A DNA stretch of 63,969 nucleotides, the filler included, from Asterionella formosa (taxonomy: Eukaryota): the NCBI GenBank assembly GCA_002256025.1. It is 9 parts of 9 records of this genome, joined end to end, with 100 filler letters (N's around TTAATTAATTAA, not from the genome) between each part and the next. Parts side by side here need not be neighbours in the genome. Positions count along the whole stretch, not along the records: positions 57,453 to 63,969 come from NKIB01012613.1; 8 more parts are not named here. The stretch is one strand, 5' to 3'. The stretch's first letter is position 1; the number at the start of each line of letters is the position of its first letter. Both the position numbers and the translations under genes were made by a program. This document shows positions 63,401 to 63,969 of this stretch, piece after piece. The notes under the pieces were generated by a model. That model saw only the letters and a list, made by a program, of their open reading frames with translations. It made no database searches and had not been told where the DNA came from.

Positions 63401-63968
63401 GTAATGCATTAGGTTCGATGGTGGGTGGGTGTCATGTTGTGGACTGAGCATCAAGTACAAGATGCTGCTTGGTATAATAGTTTTGGGACCACAGGAATGC
63501 CCAATCAGAATTGCTTGATACCCCAACCCAATTAGGGGCTTGAGGAGGGGCAAAGTCAATATGTGGAAATATACCACATGCAGATCATTCATTGTCTTTA
63601 AATAAAACCTGGTGTTCCATGCAATTTCATGCTACTTCAATGGCTGCTTTCTGGTCAAAAATAATGACATTGGTATTGCAGTAGGCAAAAGCTTCTGAAA
63701 TCCTGATGATACATGTCCTGATTCATCAAAAGCTGTGGAGAATTCATAGCTAGATATGAGACCTACTATGTTCACATCTGTCTCCTCCCTCAGAAGCTGT
63801 TGATAGATGGAAACGACATGAGGTAAACTCAAATTTCAGCAAAATGAGGAGGCCCATCCTTCACTCCCTTGGGAATGTGTTAGTTGTTGAGCTTCTGACT
63901 GTCGTCATGTATAGTAACCCTCTCAAGCTCAATAATAGCAGCAGCTAGTGGTGTTCCAGTTGAATTAC
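57454..63968 (+). mobile_element. Putative >=6.5-kb DNA transposon bounded by inverted repeats
   Basis: 57454-57484 GTAATTCAACTGGAACACCACTAGCTGCTGC is the exact reverse complement of 63938-63968. The repeats enclose a DDE transposase gene. Confidence 0.6.
59186..63048 (+). CDS. Large IS630/Tc1/mariner-related DDE transposase (~1230 codons), exons 59186-61047, 61130-61765, 61851-63048, with one in-frame TAA at 62722-62724
   Basis: Two GT-AG introns (the first with a TACTAAC branch point) join the ORFs in frame. Motifs GFYVDGHERKDVVEYR, IIIGQDEA, LFDHSSGH, KGIAQILWERG and TPKYHPELAGEGIEYLWG. Confidence 0.8.
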
Positions 63969-63969
63969 T

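Noticed and set aside
63420..63600. Minus-strand GIFPHID resembling a 2OG-Fe(II) dioxygenase HxD motif
   Set aside because: A short stop-bounded frame with no further motifs, so likely chance.

Overview
This is eukaryotic DNA, most likely from a diatom, judged by short GT-AG introns, CoDi-type Copia fragments and diatom-like proteins. It is not contiguous. Nine ~7.1-kb contigs are joined by artificial 100-bp linkers (N44-TTAATTAATTAA-N44) at 7101-7200, 14299-14398, 21483-21582, 28663-28762, 35841-35940, 43014-43113, 50184-50283 and 57353-57452. The complete contigs decrease in length (7098, 7084, 7080, 7078, 7073, 7070, 7069), so adjacency across linkers has no meaning. Host genes are a 5'-truncated ABCB transporter with an unusual TMD-NBD-NBD-TMD order, a bifunctional P5CS (ProB-ProA), a bZIP factor, two hypothetical ORFs and a secreted-protein exon apparently hit by an LTR element. 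The rest is dense transposon debris: pogo-like DD37D elements with TA target sites, Copia LTR elements, a PIF/Harbinger pair, TTAA-flanked non-autonomous elements, and a large intron-containing IS630/Tc1-like transposase between inverted repeats. The top candidate is the bZIP gene at 26520-27771. It has two IRE1-type stem-loops (7-nt loops CAG^CAUA and CAG^CAGU) bounding a highly structured 364-nt non-GT-AG intron. Removing the intron deletes the stop codon and adds an acidic C-terminal domain in frame, which suggests a diatom HAC1/XBP1-like UPR switch. The second candidate is a ~205-nt rod-like hairpin at 6007-6212 with six periodically spaced tandem G-A motifs.
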